From Cereibacter sphaeroides 2.4.1 (GTDB lineage Bacteria; Pseudomonadota; Alphaproteobacteria; Rhodobacterales; Rhodobacteraceae), in contig NC_007493.2 of the NCBI RefSeq assembly GCF_000012905.2, positions 120,001 to 152,000 on the forward strand: a stretch of 32,000 nt of DNA, given 5' to 3'. Under the pieces are notes generated by a model. The model was not told where the DNA came from. It saw only the letters and a program-made list of their open reading frames with translations, and made no database searches. Shown here piece after piece: positions 17,886 to 26,244 of the stretch; the first letter of the stretch is position 1, and every line of letters starts with the position of its first letter. Both the position numbers and the translations under genes were made by a program.

Positions 17886-18371
17886 TCACTCGGCTTCGTC
17901 GGCCGGCTTCGCGTTGAGCATCCCGTAATTCTGCTCGCCGATCGAGCCCATCAGGTCGATCTGGGTCTCGAGATAGTCGATATGGCCTTCCTCGTCGGCG
18001 ATCAGCTCCTCGAAGAGCATCTTGCTGGGATAGTCGCGCACCTTCTCGCAGTGGTCGCGCGCCTCGATATAGAGGGTGCGGGCATCGTGCTCGGCGGCAA
18101 GGTCGGCATCGAGCGTCTCGCGCAGGGTCTGGCCGATGCGCAGCGGGTTGAGTCGCTGCAGGTTCGGATGGCCCCCGAGGAAGATGATGCGCTGGATGAG
18201 CTTGTCGGCATGGTGCATCTCCTCGATGCTTTCCTTGCGCGACTTGTGGGCGATGCTGCCGAAGCCCCAGTCTTCCTGAAGCCGGTAATGCAGCCAGTAC
18301 TGGCTGACGGCGGTCAGCTCCGACCGGAGCGCCGCGTTCAGATATTCAATGACCTTTGCGTCACCCTGCAT
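17886..18371 (-). CDS. bfr: Bacterioferritin
   Basis: [36 protein letters not shown], 161 aa, with the haem-ligand Met context [10 protein letters not shown]. Confidence 0.95.
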   Translation of the reverse strand: MQGDAKVIEYLNAALRSELTAVSQYWLHYRLQEDWGFGSIAHKSRKESIEEMHHADKLIQRIIFLGGHPNLQRLNPLRIGQTLRETLDADLAAEHDARTLYIEARDHCEKVRDYPSKMLFEELIADEEGHIDYLETQIDLMGSIGEQNYGMLNAKPADEAE

Positions 18372-18615
18372 TCCCGTTCATTCCTGCGGTTGTGGCGCGG
18401 CGGAGGCCGCGCAGGTTCACTGGCACCTCAAAACTGTCGCACTTCCGCATCGTGTCAAGGAAATGGGGCATGCAGCCGCCGCAGTCGGCCCGCTTGCCGA
18501 GCGCGCGGTAGATCTTGCCGGGAGTGACGATGGTCTCGGGGTCCGAGGCGCGCATCCAGTCGATGGCGGAGCGGATGTCCTTGTCGGTGATGCCCATGCA
18601 GTGGCAGACGATCAT
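18361..18615 (-). CDS. bfd: Bacterioferritin-associated ferredoxin, (2Fe-2S)-binding BFD-like
   Basis: [14 protein letters not shown]...CGGC provides the four-Cys BFD pattern. It overlaps the bfr start by 11 nt. Confidence 0.9.
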   Translation of the reverse strand: MIVCHCMGITDKDIRSAIDWMRASDPETIVTPGKIYRALGKRADCGGCMPHFLDTMRKCDSFEVPVNLRGLRRATTAGMNGNAG

Positions 18616-18696
18616 CGGTCTCTCCCGGCGGGGTTGCTTTCCGCCTGTTCTATCCGGGCCGCCCCTTGCGGAGGTTGCGGCCCGGCAAGGTCGAGG

Positions 18697-19965
18697 TCAC
18701 TGGAAGACGGCGTTCGGATTGTCGAGGCTGTCCGATCCTTCGAAAGCCACGCCCGTGAGGCCCAGAGCGGTGGTGGCGCGCTCGATCGAGGCGGTCTGCG
18801 TCACCAGCGCATCGACGGCGCCCATGATGAGCGCCTCGCCCTCGGCATTGCCGGGCGCGAGCATCTGGTCATAGGCCATGCCGCCCGCGACCGCCGTCCG
18901 CAGCGCGTCGAGCCGGTCCACCGTGGCGTCGAGCTGGCCCGTCAGCACCTTGTCGAGCTCGGGATCCGCCTCGGCCACCAGATCGGACAGGGACGGCCCC
19001 TCGACCGTGCTGCCGTCGACGCGGGCATAATGGCCCCGGTAGACGTTCCGGATGCCCAGCCCGTCGTAATAGTGGCTGTTGTGGGTGTTGTCCGAGAAAC
19101 AGTCGTGCTCTTCCTCGGGGTCGTTCAGCATGAGCCCGAGCTTCATCCGCTCGCCCGCCTGCTCGCCGTAGGAGAGGCTGCCCATGCCGGTGAGCATCGC
19201 CCGGAGGCCCTTGCCGGGATCCTCGTTGACGGCCACGCGCGCCGCACCGCCGTCGGCCCATTGCGCGGCCATGTAATCGAGGTCGCTCACCAGAAGGTCG
19301 GTCGCGGCCACGAGATAGGCCGCGCGCCGGTCGCAGTTGCCGCCGGTACAGTCCTCGCCCTTCGCATAGTCGGTGAAGGGCCGGTCGCCGGCGCCCGCTT
19401 CGGTCCCGTTCAGATCCTGACCCCAGAGCAGGAATTCGATGGCGTGATAGCCCGAGGCCACGTTCGCCTCGATCCCGTCCGCCTCGTGCAGCGTGCCCGA
19501 GATGAGCTCCGGCGTGATCTCGGTCGCGTCGATCTCGGTGCCCGACAGGGTGAATTTCGGCGTGGCGATCACGTTCAGCGCCGCGAGGTCGTTTTCCTCG
19601 GTGGCGCCGCCGTAGCTTGCATCCACATAGTCGATGAGCCCCTCGTCGAGCGGCCAGGCGTTCACCTTGCCCTCCCAGTCGTCCACGATCGGATTGCCGA
19701 AGCGGAAGGCCTCGGACTGCTGGTAGGGCACCCGCGCGGCCAGCCACGCGGAGCGCGCAGCCATGAGCGCGGCCTCGGACGGCTGGTCGACGAGCGCCTT
19801 CACCGCCGTCTGCAGCTCCCGCGCCGTGGCGAGGCTGTCGGCATAGGTCGCCTCGGCGATGTCGGCATAGGTCTCGACGACCTCCGACCGCTCGACCGCG
19901 AGCGCGGGGAGCGGCAGGAGCGCGCAGGGCGCAACGGTGGCGAGGGCGAGAAGGCGTGCTTTCAT
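18697..19965 (-). CDS. irpA: Imelysin / iron-regulated protein A-like periplasmic protein
   Basis: A signal peptide (MKARLLALATVAPCALLPLPALA) and the imelysin GxHxxE-type motif GYHAIEFLLWGQD are present. The ATG at 19965 is preferred over 20022. Confidence 0.85.
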   Translation of the reverse strand: MKARLLALATVAPCALLPLPALAVERSEVVETYADIAEATYADSLATARELQTAVKALVDQPSEAALMAARSAWLAARVPYQQSEAFRFGNPIVDDWEGKVNAWPLDEGLIDYVDASYGGATEENDLAALNVIATPKFTLSGTEIDATEITPELISGTLHEADGIEANVASGYHAIEFLLWGQDLNGTEAGAGDRPFTDYAKGEDCTGGNCDRRAAYLVAATDLLVSDLDYMAAQWADGGAARVAVNEDPGKGLRAMLTGMGSLSYGEQAGERMKLGLMLNDPEEEHDCFSDNTHNSHYYDGLGIRNVYRGHYARVDGSTVEGPSLSDLVAEADPELDKVLTGQLDATVDRLDALRTAVAGGMAYDQMLAPGNAEGEALIMGAVDALVTQTASIERATTALGLTGVAFEGSDSLDNPNAVFQ

Positions 19966-20018
19966 GGCGGTTCTCTGTCTGGAGGGGGCGGGCGGCCACG
20001 CCGTCCCGCGCCCGGACT

Positions 20019-20180
20019 TCATTTCGTCAGGATCAGTTTGCCGGCGCGGGTGATGCGGAGGCAGTAGATCTGCCCGTCGAGAAGGATCCGGGCCTGGGTT
20101 CCGCCATCGGTCAGGGAGCGTGCGTCATGCACGGGGATCCCCGCCTCGATCAGCTCCATCGGGTCGGTCATCGCGTTCAT
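20019..20180 (-). CDS. hemP: Hemin uptake protein HemP family (53 aa, absent from the ORF track)
   Basis: My translation is MNAMTDPMELIEAGIPVHDARSLTDGGTQARILLDGQIYCLRITRAGKLILTK. The C-terminal YxLRITRxGKLILTK is the HemP signature. Coordinates are anchored to neighbouring track ORFs. Confidence 0.85.
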   Translation of the reverse strand: MNAMTDPMELIEAGIPVHDARSLTDGGTQARILLDGQIYCLRITRAGKLILTK

Positions 20181-20293
20181 GCCAGACGCTCCATGCGGTC
20201 GAAGAAGAGATCGAGCGAGCCGGAGGGCAGGAACCCTTCCAGCGCTTGGCGAAGCAGTTCGGTGAAGCCCGGGTCGGGCAGCTGTCGAGACAT
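20177..20293 (-). CDS. 38-codon small ORF translationally coupled to hemP (unknown function)
   Basis: MSRQLPDPGFTELLRQALEGFLPSGSLDLFFDRMERLA. GGAGG lies 4 nt upstream of the ATG, and the stop overlaps the hemP start (ATGA). Confidence 0.5.
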   Translation of the reverse strand: MSRQLPDPGFTELLRQALEGFLPSGSLDLFFDRMERLA

Positions 20294-20364
20294 GGAACCT
20301 CCGTATCTGGCTGAAGGACTCCGGGCTGACCCTTGGGGGCTGGCTTGGATTGCAGAGGAAAGGT

Positions 20365-20377
20365 GACTGAATCAGTC
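20365..20377. promoter_or_regulatory. Perfect palindrome GACTGAATCAGTC, an IscR type-1 / Iron-Rhodo-box-like operator candidate
   Basis: It matches the GACTR-WWW-YAGTC core. It lies in the divergent region, 72 nt upstream of the small-ORF/hemP operon ATG and 154 nt upstream of the DUF533 ATG. Confidence 0.55.
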
Positions 20378-20530
20378 GGACTTGTAAAGGCTGATTCTTT
20401 CGGTCGGTTTATGCGCCGGCGCGACAAGGAGACGCTGTCGTTGTTCCAGCCACATCCCGGCGCCGCTCCGATTGCGCGGGAGCGGACGCCTTCCCATATG
20501 CGGCTCAGATGTCTGCAGAGGAGGCCGGAG

Positions 20531-21214
20531 ATGGACGAGACCGGATTTCTGCGCGGTGGACCGGCGGGGCGGCCGGCCGGAGACTGCCCTCCGGCGGGAC
20601 TGACCGGCACCGCGGGCGACGGGTCCGGCTGCAGCGGTCTTGCCGATCTGATCGCGGGATTCCTGCTCGGCGACCGCTCGCGCTGCTGCGTGGCCGGTGC
20701 CGCGGCACGCCGCGGTATCGTGGCGCTCTCCTGCGTCGTGGCCGGGCGCGCCTGGGCCGACTGGCGGGATGGGTGCGATCCTATGACCGAGTCAACAGTT
20801 GAGGAAAGGGTGCCGCTCGGACTTGATGACGACGGTGGCGCGGCCGAGGGGCTGTGCGAGCGGCTCCTGCAGGCGATGGTGGCGGCCGCCAAGTCCGGCG
20901 GGCGCGTCTGCCGCGAGGAGCGGCGCTTCATCCACCGCCGCCTGCGGGAGCTCGATCTCGATTGCGAGGCGCAGGCCCTGATCGCGGCCGAGCTCGAGGC
21001 GCCGCAGGACGCGGGGCGCATCGCGCGGCTGGCCCGGACGCCCGAGGAGGCGGCAGGGATCTATGCGGCGTCCCTGCTGGCAGCCGGCCATGGCTCCGCC
21101 GCCGAGGGCAGTTATCTCGCCGATCTCGCTGCGCGGCTGAAGCTCGAGGCGGGCCTTGTCGCCCACCTCCATCGCCGCGCTGCCTCTGCCGGATCCGCGG
21201 CGCTCGGCGATTGA
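20531..21214 (+). CDS. DUF533 / TerB-like family protein, Cys-rich
   Basis: The C-terminal half (LLQAMVAAAKSGGRVCREERRFI..., YLADLAARLKL) matches the DUF533/YebE pattern. The ATG at 20531 has GGAGG at 6-nt spacing. The track start at 20333 is a TTG in the promoter region. Confidence 0.7.
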   Translation: MDETGFLRGGPAGRPAGDCPPAGLTGTAGDGSGCSGLADLIAGFLLGDRSRCCVAGAAARRGIVALSCVVAGRAWADWRDGCDPMTESTVEERVPLGLDDDGGAAEGLCERLLQAMVAAAKSGGRVCREERRFIHRRLRELDLDCEAQALIAAELEAPQDAGRIARLARTPEEAAGIYAASLLAAGHGSAAEGSYLADLAARLKLEAGLVAHLHRRAASAGSAALGD

Positions 21215-21226
21215 GCCGCCTGCGGC

Positions 21227-22057
21227 TCAGCCGCGCACGCCGCCCGTGGCCTCGGTCACTTCGTCGGCGGCCTCGCGGACGAGGGTGCCGAAGCGGGTGC
21301 TGTCCGACAGGCTGACCCGGAAGGCGGGTCCCGCGAGCGTGATGGCCGCCACCGGCTCGCCGAAGCTGTTGAACACCGGCGCTGCCACCGCGCGCATCCC
21401 CTCGGCGCCCTCCTGATCCTCGAGCGCATAGCCGCGGTCGCGCGTCCGCGCGAGATCTCGCATCAGGGTGGAGGCGGAGGTGATGGTGAGCGAGGTGAAT
21501 TTCGCCAGACCCTCGCGGTCGAGGATCGTCTCGATCCGCTCCGCGGGATACCAGGCGAGCAGCGCCTTGCCGACGGCCGTCGCATGGAGCGGCGCGGAGG
21601 ATCCCTCGGGGAAGTAGGCGCGGATCGCCTGCCTTGTCTCGACCTGCGCGAGATGCATCACCCGCCCGTCGGCCTCGACGCCGAGCGCCGCCGTCTCGCC
21701 CGCGGCCCGCATGAGCCGGTCCATCGGCAGGCGTGCGCGTTCCACGAATTTCGCGCGGCGCAGGAAGGCCGAGCCCACGCGGAAGGCGCCGCCCCCGATG
21801 TGCCAGACCTGACCCTGCTCTTCCATCTCGATCATCTGGTGCGCCTGAAGCGTGACCAGCGCCCGGTAGACGGTGGCGGCGGCCTCGCCGCTCTCGGCGG
21901 CGAGTTCCGAAAGGGTCATGCCCTCGGACTGGCTGAGCAGGCGCAGCATGGCGAGGGCGCGGTCGAGCGACTGGACGGTGTTCTGCTCGGTCTTGTCCTC
22001 GGCCGCCTTGGGCCGTCCCCGTGCGCGCCGGGTGGTTGCAGGGCTCGACTGGACCAT
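21227..22057 (-). CDS. IclR-family transcriptional regulator
   Basis: It has an N-terminal wHTH (VQSLDRALAMLRLLSQSEGMTLSELAAESGEAAATVYRAL) and a C-terminal IclR effector domain. The ATG at 22057 has GGAGG upstream. Confidence 0.9.
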   Translation of the reverse strand: MVQSSPATTRRARGRPKAAEDKTEQNTVQSLDRALAMLRLLSQSEGMTLSELAAESGEAAATVYRALVTLQAHQMIEMEEQGQVWHIGGGAFRVGSAFLRRAKFVERARLPMDRLMRAAGETAALGVEADGRVMHLAQVETRQAIRAYFPEGSSAPLHATAVGKALLAWYPAERIETILDREGLAKFTSLTITSASTLMRDLARTRDRGYALEDQEGAEGMRAVAAPVFNSFGEPVAAITLAGPAFRVSLSDSTRFGTLVREAADEVTEATGGVRG

Positions 22058-22324
22058 CTGGCGCCTCCGGTTGCCGTCATGCGGAAAAAGCGTTCCGGTG
22101 CATGAAAAATGCTGCAGCTGCACTTGGCAAGGGCGAAAGCGTCCGGGTGGGACGTTGCGCCTCCGGAAGGGCAGGCTGAGGGGGCCTGCTGCATGCCGAT
22201 CGGGCAATGCAACAAACCGTTATGCAGACGGCGGGGTGGGGACTACACTTTATGGGCGACTCCGGAACCGGAACGGGAGTCGGAAGTTGTAGCTGGCGAG
22301 TCATTGCATCTGGGGGGAGGCAAG

Positions 22325-22705
22325 ATGATCGACCAATGTTCCTTGCATGTGACAGATCTGGAGCGTTCACGGTGCTTCTATGACGCAGCCCTGGGGCGTC
22401 TCGGTATTCCCACGGGACGTGCCGCGCGCAGCGGTGTCCACTGGGTGGGCGACGGGGTCGAAGCCTTCTCGATCAACGAGATCCGCTCCGGCCGCAACGC
22501 CCGCCAGGTGCGCGAGGCGCATCTGGCCTTCGTCGCCCGCTCGCGCCCGGCGGTCGACGCGTTCCATGCCGCGGCCCTGAGGGCGGGCGGACGGAACGAC
22601 CGCGAGCCCGGCCTCAGGCCCGAATACCATCCGAACTACTATGCGGCGCTGGTGCTCGACCCGGACGGCCATCGGATCGAGGCGGTCTGCCACACGCCGG
22701 ACTGA
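22325..22705 (+). CDS. VOC/glyoxalase-family protein
   Basis: MIDQCSLHVTDLERSRCFYDAALGRLG...PDGHRIEAVCH is a typical glyoxalase-fold pattern. GGAGG lies upstream of the ATG at 22325. Confidence 0.8.
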   Translation: MIDQCSLHVTDLERSRCFYDAALGRLGIPTGRAARSGVHWVGDGVEAFSINEIRSGRNARQVREAHLAFVARSRPAVDAFHAAALRAGGRNDREPGLRPEYHPNYYAALVLDPDGHRIEAVCHTPD

Positions 22706-22725
22706 CGGCGGCGAAAAGAGGCGGA

Positions 22726-22751
22726 GGCGCCCGACGGTCGGGCGCCTTTTT
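22726..22751 (+). terminator. Rho-independent terminator after the VOC gene
   Basis: GGCGCCCGAC-G-GTCGGGCGCC is followed by TTTTT. Confidence 0.8.
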
Positions 22752-22822
22752 CATGCGCGGGCCCCGGGAGGCAGGGCGGGCGCCGCGGAAGGCACACCGT
22801 AGGCGCGAGCGGATCGGGCCGA

Positions 22823-23314
22823 TCAGTCCTCGATGGTCCAGGGCTCCTCGAACCAGTGCTCCTCGAGATTGGGGCTGTCCCCGATCCGGTCGAGGACGGC
22901 GAAGAGGCCGGGTTCGGCGAGCGGCGTGAGCACGCCATGCCAGGTCCCGCGGTGGAGGTTGATGCCCTGTCCGGGCGCGGTCCGGAAGGCGCGCGGCGTG
23001 CCGGGCCGGCCGGCCTCGTCGGGCGCCACAATGACGAGGAACGGATGGTCGGTCATCGGCAGGAAGGCCTGCGAGCCCTCGGGATGGCGTTCCACCATCT
23101 CCAACCGGTGGGGCAGGCGGCGCGGCTCGGCCCGGAAGATCGAGAGGCCCGCGCGGCCGCCGGGGCCGAAATCGAGCCGGGCGCGGTCGTGCCAGCGCCC
23201 GCAGAGCCCCTGGTTGATGAGCCGGTCGGGCGGGCCCTCGGCCGCGATGAGGTCGCCGAACGGGGCGAAGCCTGCGGCGGTGAGCGGTTCGGGGCGGATC
23301 GGGGGGCGGGGCAT
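22823..23314 (-). CDS. allA: Ureidoglycolate lyase
   Basis: MPRPPIRPEPLTAAGFAPFGDLI... and the 163-aa length fit AllA. GGAGG lies upstream of the ATG at 23314. The track start at 23554 runs across the intergenic repeat. Confidence 0.85.
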   Translation of the reverse strand: MPRPPIRPEPLTAAGFAPFGDLIAAEGPPDRLINQGLCGRWHDRARLDFGPGGRAGLSIFRAEPRRLPHRLEMVERHPEGSQAFLPMTDHPFLVIVAPDEAGRPGTPRAFRTAPGQGINLHRGTWHGVLTPLAEPGLFAVLDRIGDSPNLEEHWFEEPWTIED

Positions 23315-23348
23315 CTTGCCTCCTGTCGGATCGGGGGGCGGCGGAGGC

Positions 23349-23415
23349 GGGGGGCTGTCTGCCCCCCGGCCCGGCTGCGCCGGGCTCCCCCCGAGGATAT
23401 TTGCACAGAGTGAAG
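23349..23415 (+). repeat. Intergenic REP/MITE-like element, copy A
   Basis: GGGGGGCTGTCTGCCCCCCGG...CCCCCCGAGGATATTTGCACAGAGTGAAG is shared with copies at 29052-29102 and, inverted, at 29286-29334. Confidence 0.8.
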
Positions 23416-23430
23416 CGCGCCGGGGCAGGC

Positions 23431-24267
23431 TCAGCGGCCGAAGGCGCCGGGGCCGCGGAGCTTCGCGTGGCGGTTCACATCCTTGTAGAGCAGGTAGCGG
23501 AAGGGACCGGGCCCCGCCGCATAGCAGGCCTGCGGGCAATAGGCGCGCAGCCACATGAAGTCGCCCGCTTCCACCTCGACCCAGTCGCGGTTGAGCTTGT
23601 AGACCGCCTTGCCCTCGAGCACGAAGAGCCCGTGTTCCATCACATGGGTCTCCTCGAACGGGATGAGCCCGCCCGGCTGGAAGGTCACGATGTTCACATG
23701 CATGTCGTGGGCGAGATCGGCGGGATCGACGAAGCGCGTGGTGGCCCAGCGGCCGCCCGTGTCCGGCATGGCCATGGGGGCGATCTCGCGCTCGTTGGTG
23801 ACGAAGGCCGCGGGCGGGGCCACGCCGGGTGCCGGCTCGTAGAGCTTGCGCACCCAGTGGAAGCGGGCGGGCTCATGGCTGCCATTGTGCAGCCGCCAGC
23901 GGCAGCCCGCGGGAATATAGGCATAGCCGCCCGGCCCGAGCTCGTGCTCCTGCCCGTCGAGCGAGAGCCAAACCTCGCCGTGGGTGACGAAGAGCACCGA
24001 CTGCGCCCCGGCCTCTGGCTCGGGCGCGTCCGAACCGCCGCCGGGGGCCACCTCCATGACATATTGCGAGAAGGTCTCGGAGAAGCCGGTCATCGGGCGG
24101 GCGATCATCCAGAGCTTCGTCTGGCTCCAGCCGGGCAGCGCGCTCGTCACGATGTCCGAGAAGACGCCGCGGGGAATGAAGGCATAGGCCTCGGTGAAGA
24201 CGGCCCGGCCGGTCATGAGCCGGGTCTGGGGCGGCAGGCCGCCCATGGGAGCGTGGTAGGAGGTCAT
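23431..24267 (-). CDS. allE: (S)-ureidoglycine aminohydrolase (bicupin)
   Basis: [32 protein letters not shown]..., 278 aa, in a purine-catabolic context. It has an ATGA overlap with the upstream gene. Confidence 0.85.
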   Translation of the reverse strand: MTSYHAPMGGLPPQTRLMTGRAVFTEAYAFIPRGVFSDIVTSALPGWSQTKLWMIARPMTGFSETFSQYVMEVAPGGGSDAPEPEAGAQSVLFVTHGEVWLSLDGQEHELGPGGYAYIPAGCRWRLHNGSHEPARFHWVRKLYEPAPGVAPPAAFVTNEREIAPMAMPDTGGRWATTRFVDPADLAHDMHVNIVTFQPGGLIPFEETHVMEHGLFVLEGKAVYKLNRDWVEVEAGDFMWLRAYCPQACYAAGPGPFRYLLYKDVNRHAKLRGPGAFGR

Positions 24268-25679
24268 TTCAGCATGTCCTGAAGCCGGAGTTCGGCGATA
24301 CGTTCCACCTGACGGCAGGCGGTGGCGAATTCGGTGGCGCTGTCGTGGGCGAGCCGGGTCTCGAAGGCGGCGAGGATGCCGGCCTTGTCGTGGTCGCGCA
24401 CGGCGATGATGAAGGGGAAGCCGTGCTTGGCCACATAGTCGGCGTTGAGGGTGGCGAACTCGGCCCGCTCGGCGTCGGTGAGCGCATCGAGCCCGGCGCT
24501 CGACTGTTCGAAGGAGGAGGAGGCCGTCAGCCGCCGCGCCTGCGCGAGCTTGCCGGCGAGATCGGGGTGGGCCTTGAGCACGCTCAGCCGCTCCGCGGGC
24601 GTGGCGCTGCGGAAGATGCGGGCGAGCGCATTGGCGAGGCCCGCAGGGCTGTCATGGGCGGGGCCTAGTTCCAGCTCGAAGGCGCGCTCGGCGATCCAGG
24701 GCGAATGTTCGTAGATCCCGCCGAAATGGGCCACGAAGCTCTCGCGATCCATGCGCGAGGGCCGCGGGCGGCGACGATGGGGATGGGTCTCGTGCCAGTG
24801 GCGGGCGATGTCGCCCCGGCACGGGAACCAGACCCGCTCATGGGTGCGGGCATAGTCCAGAAAGCGCTTCAGCCCCGCGATCTTGCCGGGCCGCCCGATC
24901 AGCCGGCAATGGAGCCCGATCGAGAACATCTTCGCCTGCCCAGCACAGCCTTCGGCATAGAGCGTGTCGAAACTGTCGCGCAGATAGGTGAAGAACTGCT
25001 CGCCCTCGATGTAGCCCGGCGCCGTGGCGAAGCGCATGTCATTGGCCTCGAGCGTGTAGGGGATCACCAGCTGGTCGCGTGTGCCGGTCTCGAGCCAGTA
25101 GGGCTGGTCGTCGTCATAGGTGTCCGAGATCCAGTCGAAGCCGCCCTCTTCGGCGGTGAGCCGCACCGTATTGACCGAGCAGCGCCCCGTATACCAGCCG
25201 CGCGGTCGCTCGCCCACCACCTCGGCATGCAGCCGGATCGCCTCGGCGATCTGGCGGCGCTCCTCCTCCTCGGGCATGTCGCGATGCTCGACCCATTTCA
25301 GCCCGTGCGAGGCGATCTCCCACCCGGCGGATTTCATCGCCGCCACCTGCTCGGGCGAGCGGGCCAGCGCGGTGGCCACGCCATAGACCGTCACCGGGAT
25401 GTTCAGCCCGGTGAAGAGCCGGTGCAGCCGCCAGAAGCCCGCGCGGGCACCGTAATCGTAGATCGATTCCATGTTCCAGTGCCGCTGACCCGGCCAGGGC
25501 TGGGCGCCGGCGATGTCGGACAGGAAGGCCTCCGACTGCGCATCTCCATGCAGGAGGCAGTTCTCGCCGCCCTCCTCGTAGTTCAGCACGATCGAGACGG
25601 CGATCCGGGCTCCGCCGGGCCAGGCCGCATCGGGCGGAGTGGGCCCGTGGCCGCGCATGTCTCGGGGATATCGCTTCAT
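24264..25679 (-). CDS. puuE: Fusion of PuuE-type allantoinase (polysaccharide-deacetylase fold) and OHCU decarboxylase (UraD)
   Basis: The N-terminus ([12 protein letters not shown]...[11 protein letters not shown]) is PuuE-like. The C-terminal roughly 160 aa ([10 protein letters not shown]...GFPFIIAVR) is OHCU-decarboxylase-like. The ATG at 25679 is preferred over 25778. Confidence 0.85.
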   Translation of the reverse strand: MKRYPRDMRGHGPTPPDAAWPGGARIAVSIVLNYEEGGENCLLHGDAQSEAFLSDIAGAQPWPGQRHWNMESIYDYGARAGFWRLHRLFTGLNIPVTVYGVATALARSPEQVAAMKSAGWEIASHGLKWVEHRDMPEEEERRQIAEAIRLHAEVVGERPRGWYTGRCSVNTVRLTAEEGGFDWISDTYDDDQPYWLETGTRDQLVIPYTLEANDMRFATAPGYIEGEQFFTYLRDSFDTLYAEGCAGQAKMFSIGLHCRLIGRPGKIAGLKRFLDYARTHERVWFPCRGDIARHWHETHPHRRRPRPSRMDRESFVAHFGGIYEHSPWIAERAFELELGPAHDSPAGLANALARIFRSATPAERLSVLKAHPDLAGKLAQARRLTASSSFEQSSAGLDALTDAERAEFATLNADYVAKHGFPFIIAVRDHDKAGILAAFETRLAHDSATEFATACRQVERIAELRLQDMLK

Positions 25680-25825
25680 CGGAGGCTCCTTCTTCCCGCG
25701 GGCGGGCCCGTGCAGGAAAGCGGGAAGCGGCGGCGCCCGCAAGCCCCTCCGGACGGGGCGCCGCGGCGGCCCTCGCATCCCGCGCCGAAAGGCGGCAGTC
25801 TGGCCTCCTCAGACAGGAGGATGCG

Positions 25826-26179
25826 ATGGGACGACTGACGACGCATGTGCTCGACACCGCGCAGGGCCGGCCGGCCGCCGGGGTGCGGATCGTGCTCTGC
25901 CGGCTCGAGGGCGGCAACCGCAGCGAGATCGGCACGGCGGTCACGAATGACGACGGCCGCACGGACCGGCCGCTGCTCGACGGCGCGGCGCTGGTGCCGG
26001 GCACCTACGAGCTCACCTTCGGGGCCGGCGCCTACCTGCGCGCGGGCGGGCTCGGGGCTGCGGCGCCGCTCTTTCTGGACGAGATCCCGATCCGCTTCGG
26101 CATCGCGGATGCGGCGGGGCACTATCATGTGCCCCTTCTCCTGTCGCCCTACGGCTATTCCACCTACCGCGGAAGCTGA
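25826..26179 (+). CDS. uraH: 5-hydroxyisourate hydrolase (transthyretin-like)
   Basis: [20 protein letters not shown]...[18 protein letters not shown], with the diagnostic C-terminal YRGS. Confidence 0.95.
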   Translation: MGRLTTHVLDTAQGRPAAGVRIVLCRLEGGNRSEIGTAVTNDDGRTDRPLLDGAALVPGTYELTFGAGAYLRAGGLGAAAPLFLDEIPIRFGIADAAGHYHVPLLLSPYGYSTYRGS

Positions 26180-26244
26180 GCAGAGGGGTCTTGCGGCACC
26201 CTTCCGGGGAACGTCCGGCAATAAGTCGCACCTTTCAAGGCCTA

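Noticed and set aside
18636-18690. Hairpin CCGGGCCGC-N14-GCGGCCCGG between the imelysin gene and bfd as a terminator
   Set aside because: It has a large loop and no U-tract on the minus strand. bfd has its own SD immediately downstream, so read-through co-transcription is equally likely.
16289-20067. Large plus-strand ORFs 16289-17917, 17418-18527 and 18349-20067, plus minus alternative frames 16329-17837 and 18869-19999
   Set aside because: They lie antisense or out of frame to DUF1111, bfr, bfd and the imelysin gene, all of which have diagnostic motifs (CxxCH x2, the bacterioferritin N-terminus, GYHAIEFLLWG).
20125-21021. 298-aa minus-strand ORF spanning the hemP region and the DUF533 gene
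   Set aside because: It gives a Ser/Arg/Pro-rich translation. It overlaps hemP in another frame and is antisense to the DUF533 gene. The hand-translated hemP and small ORF have SD sequences and a family signature.
22058-22324. Short inverted repeats (CGGAA-N6-TTCCG, GTGCA...TGCAC) in the IclR / VOC divergent region as operators
   Set aside because: The arms are only 5 bp, which is expected by chance in this composition. They are not reported as features.
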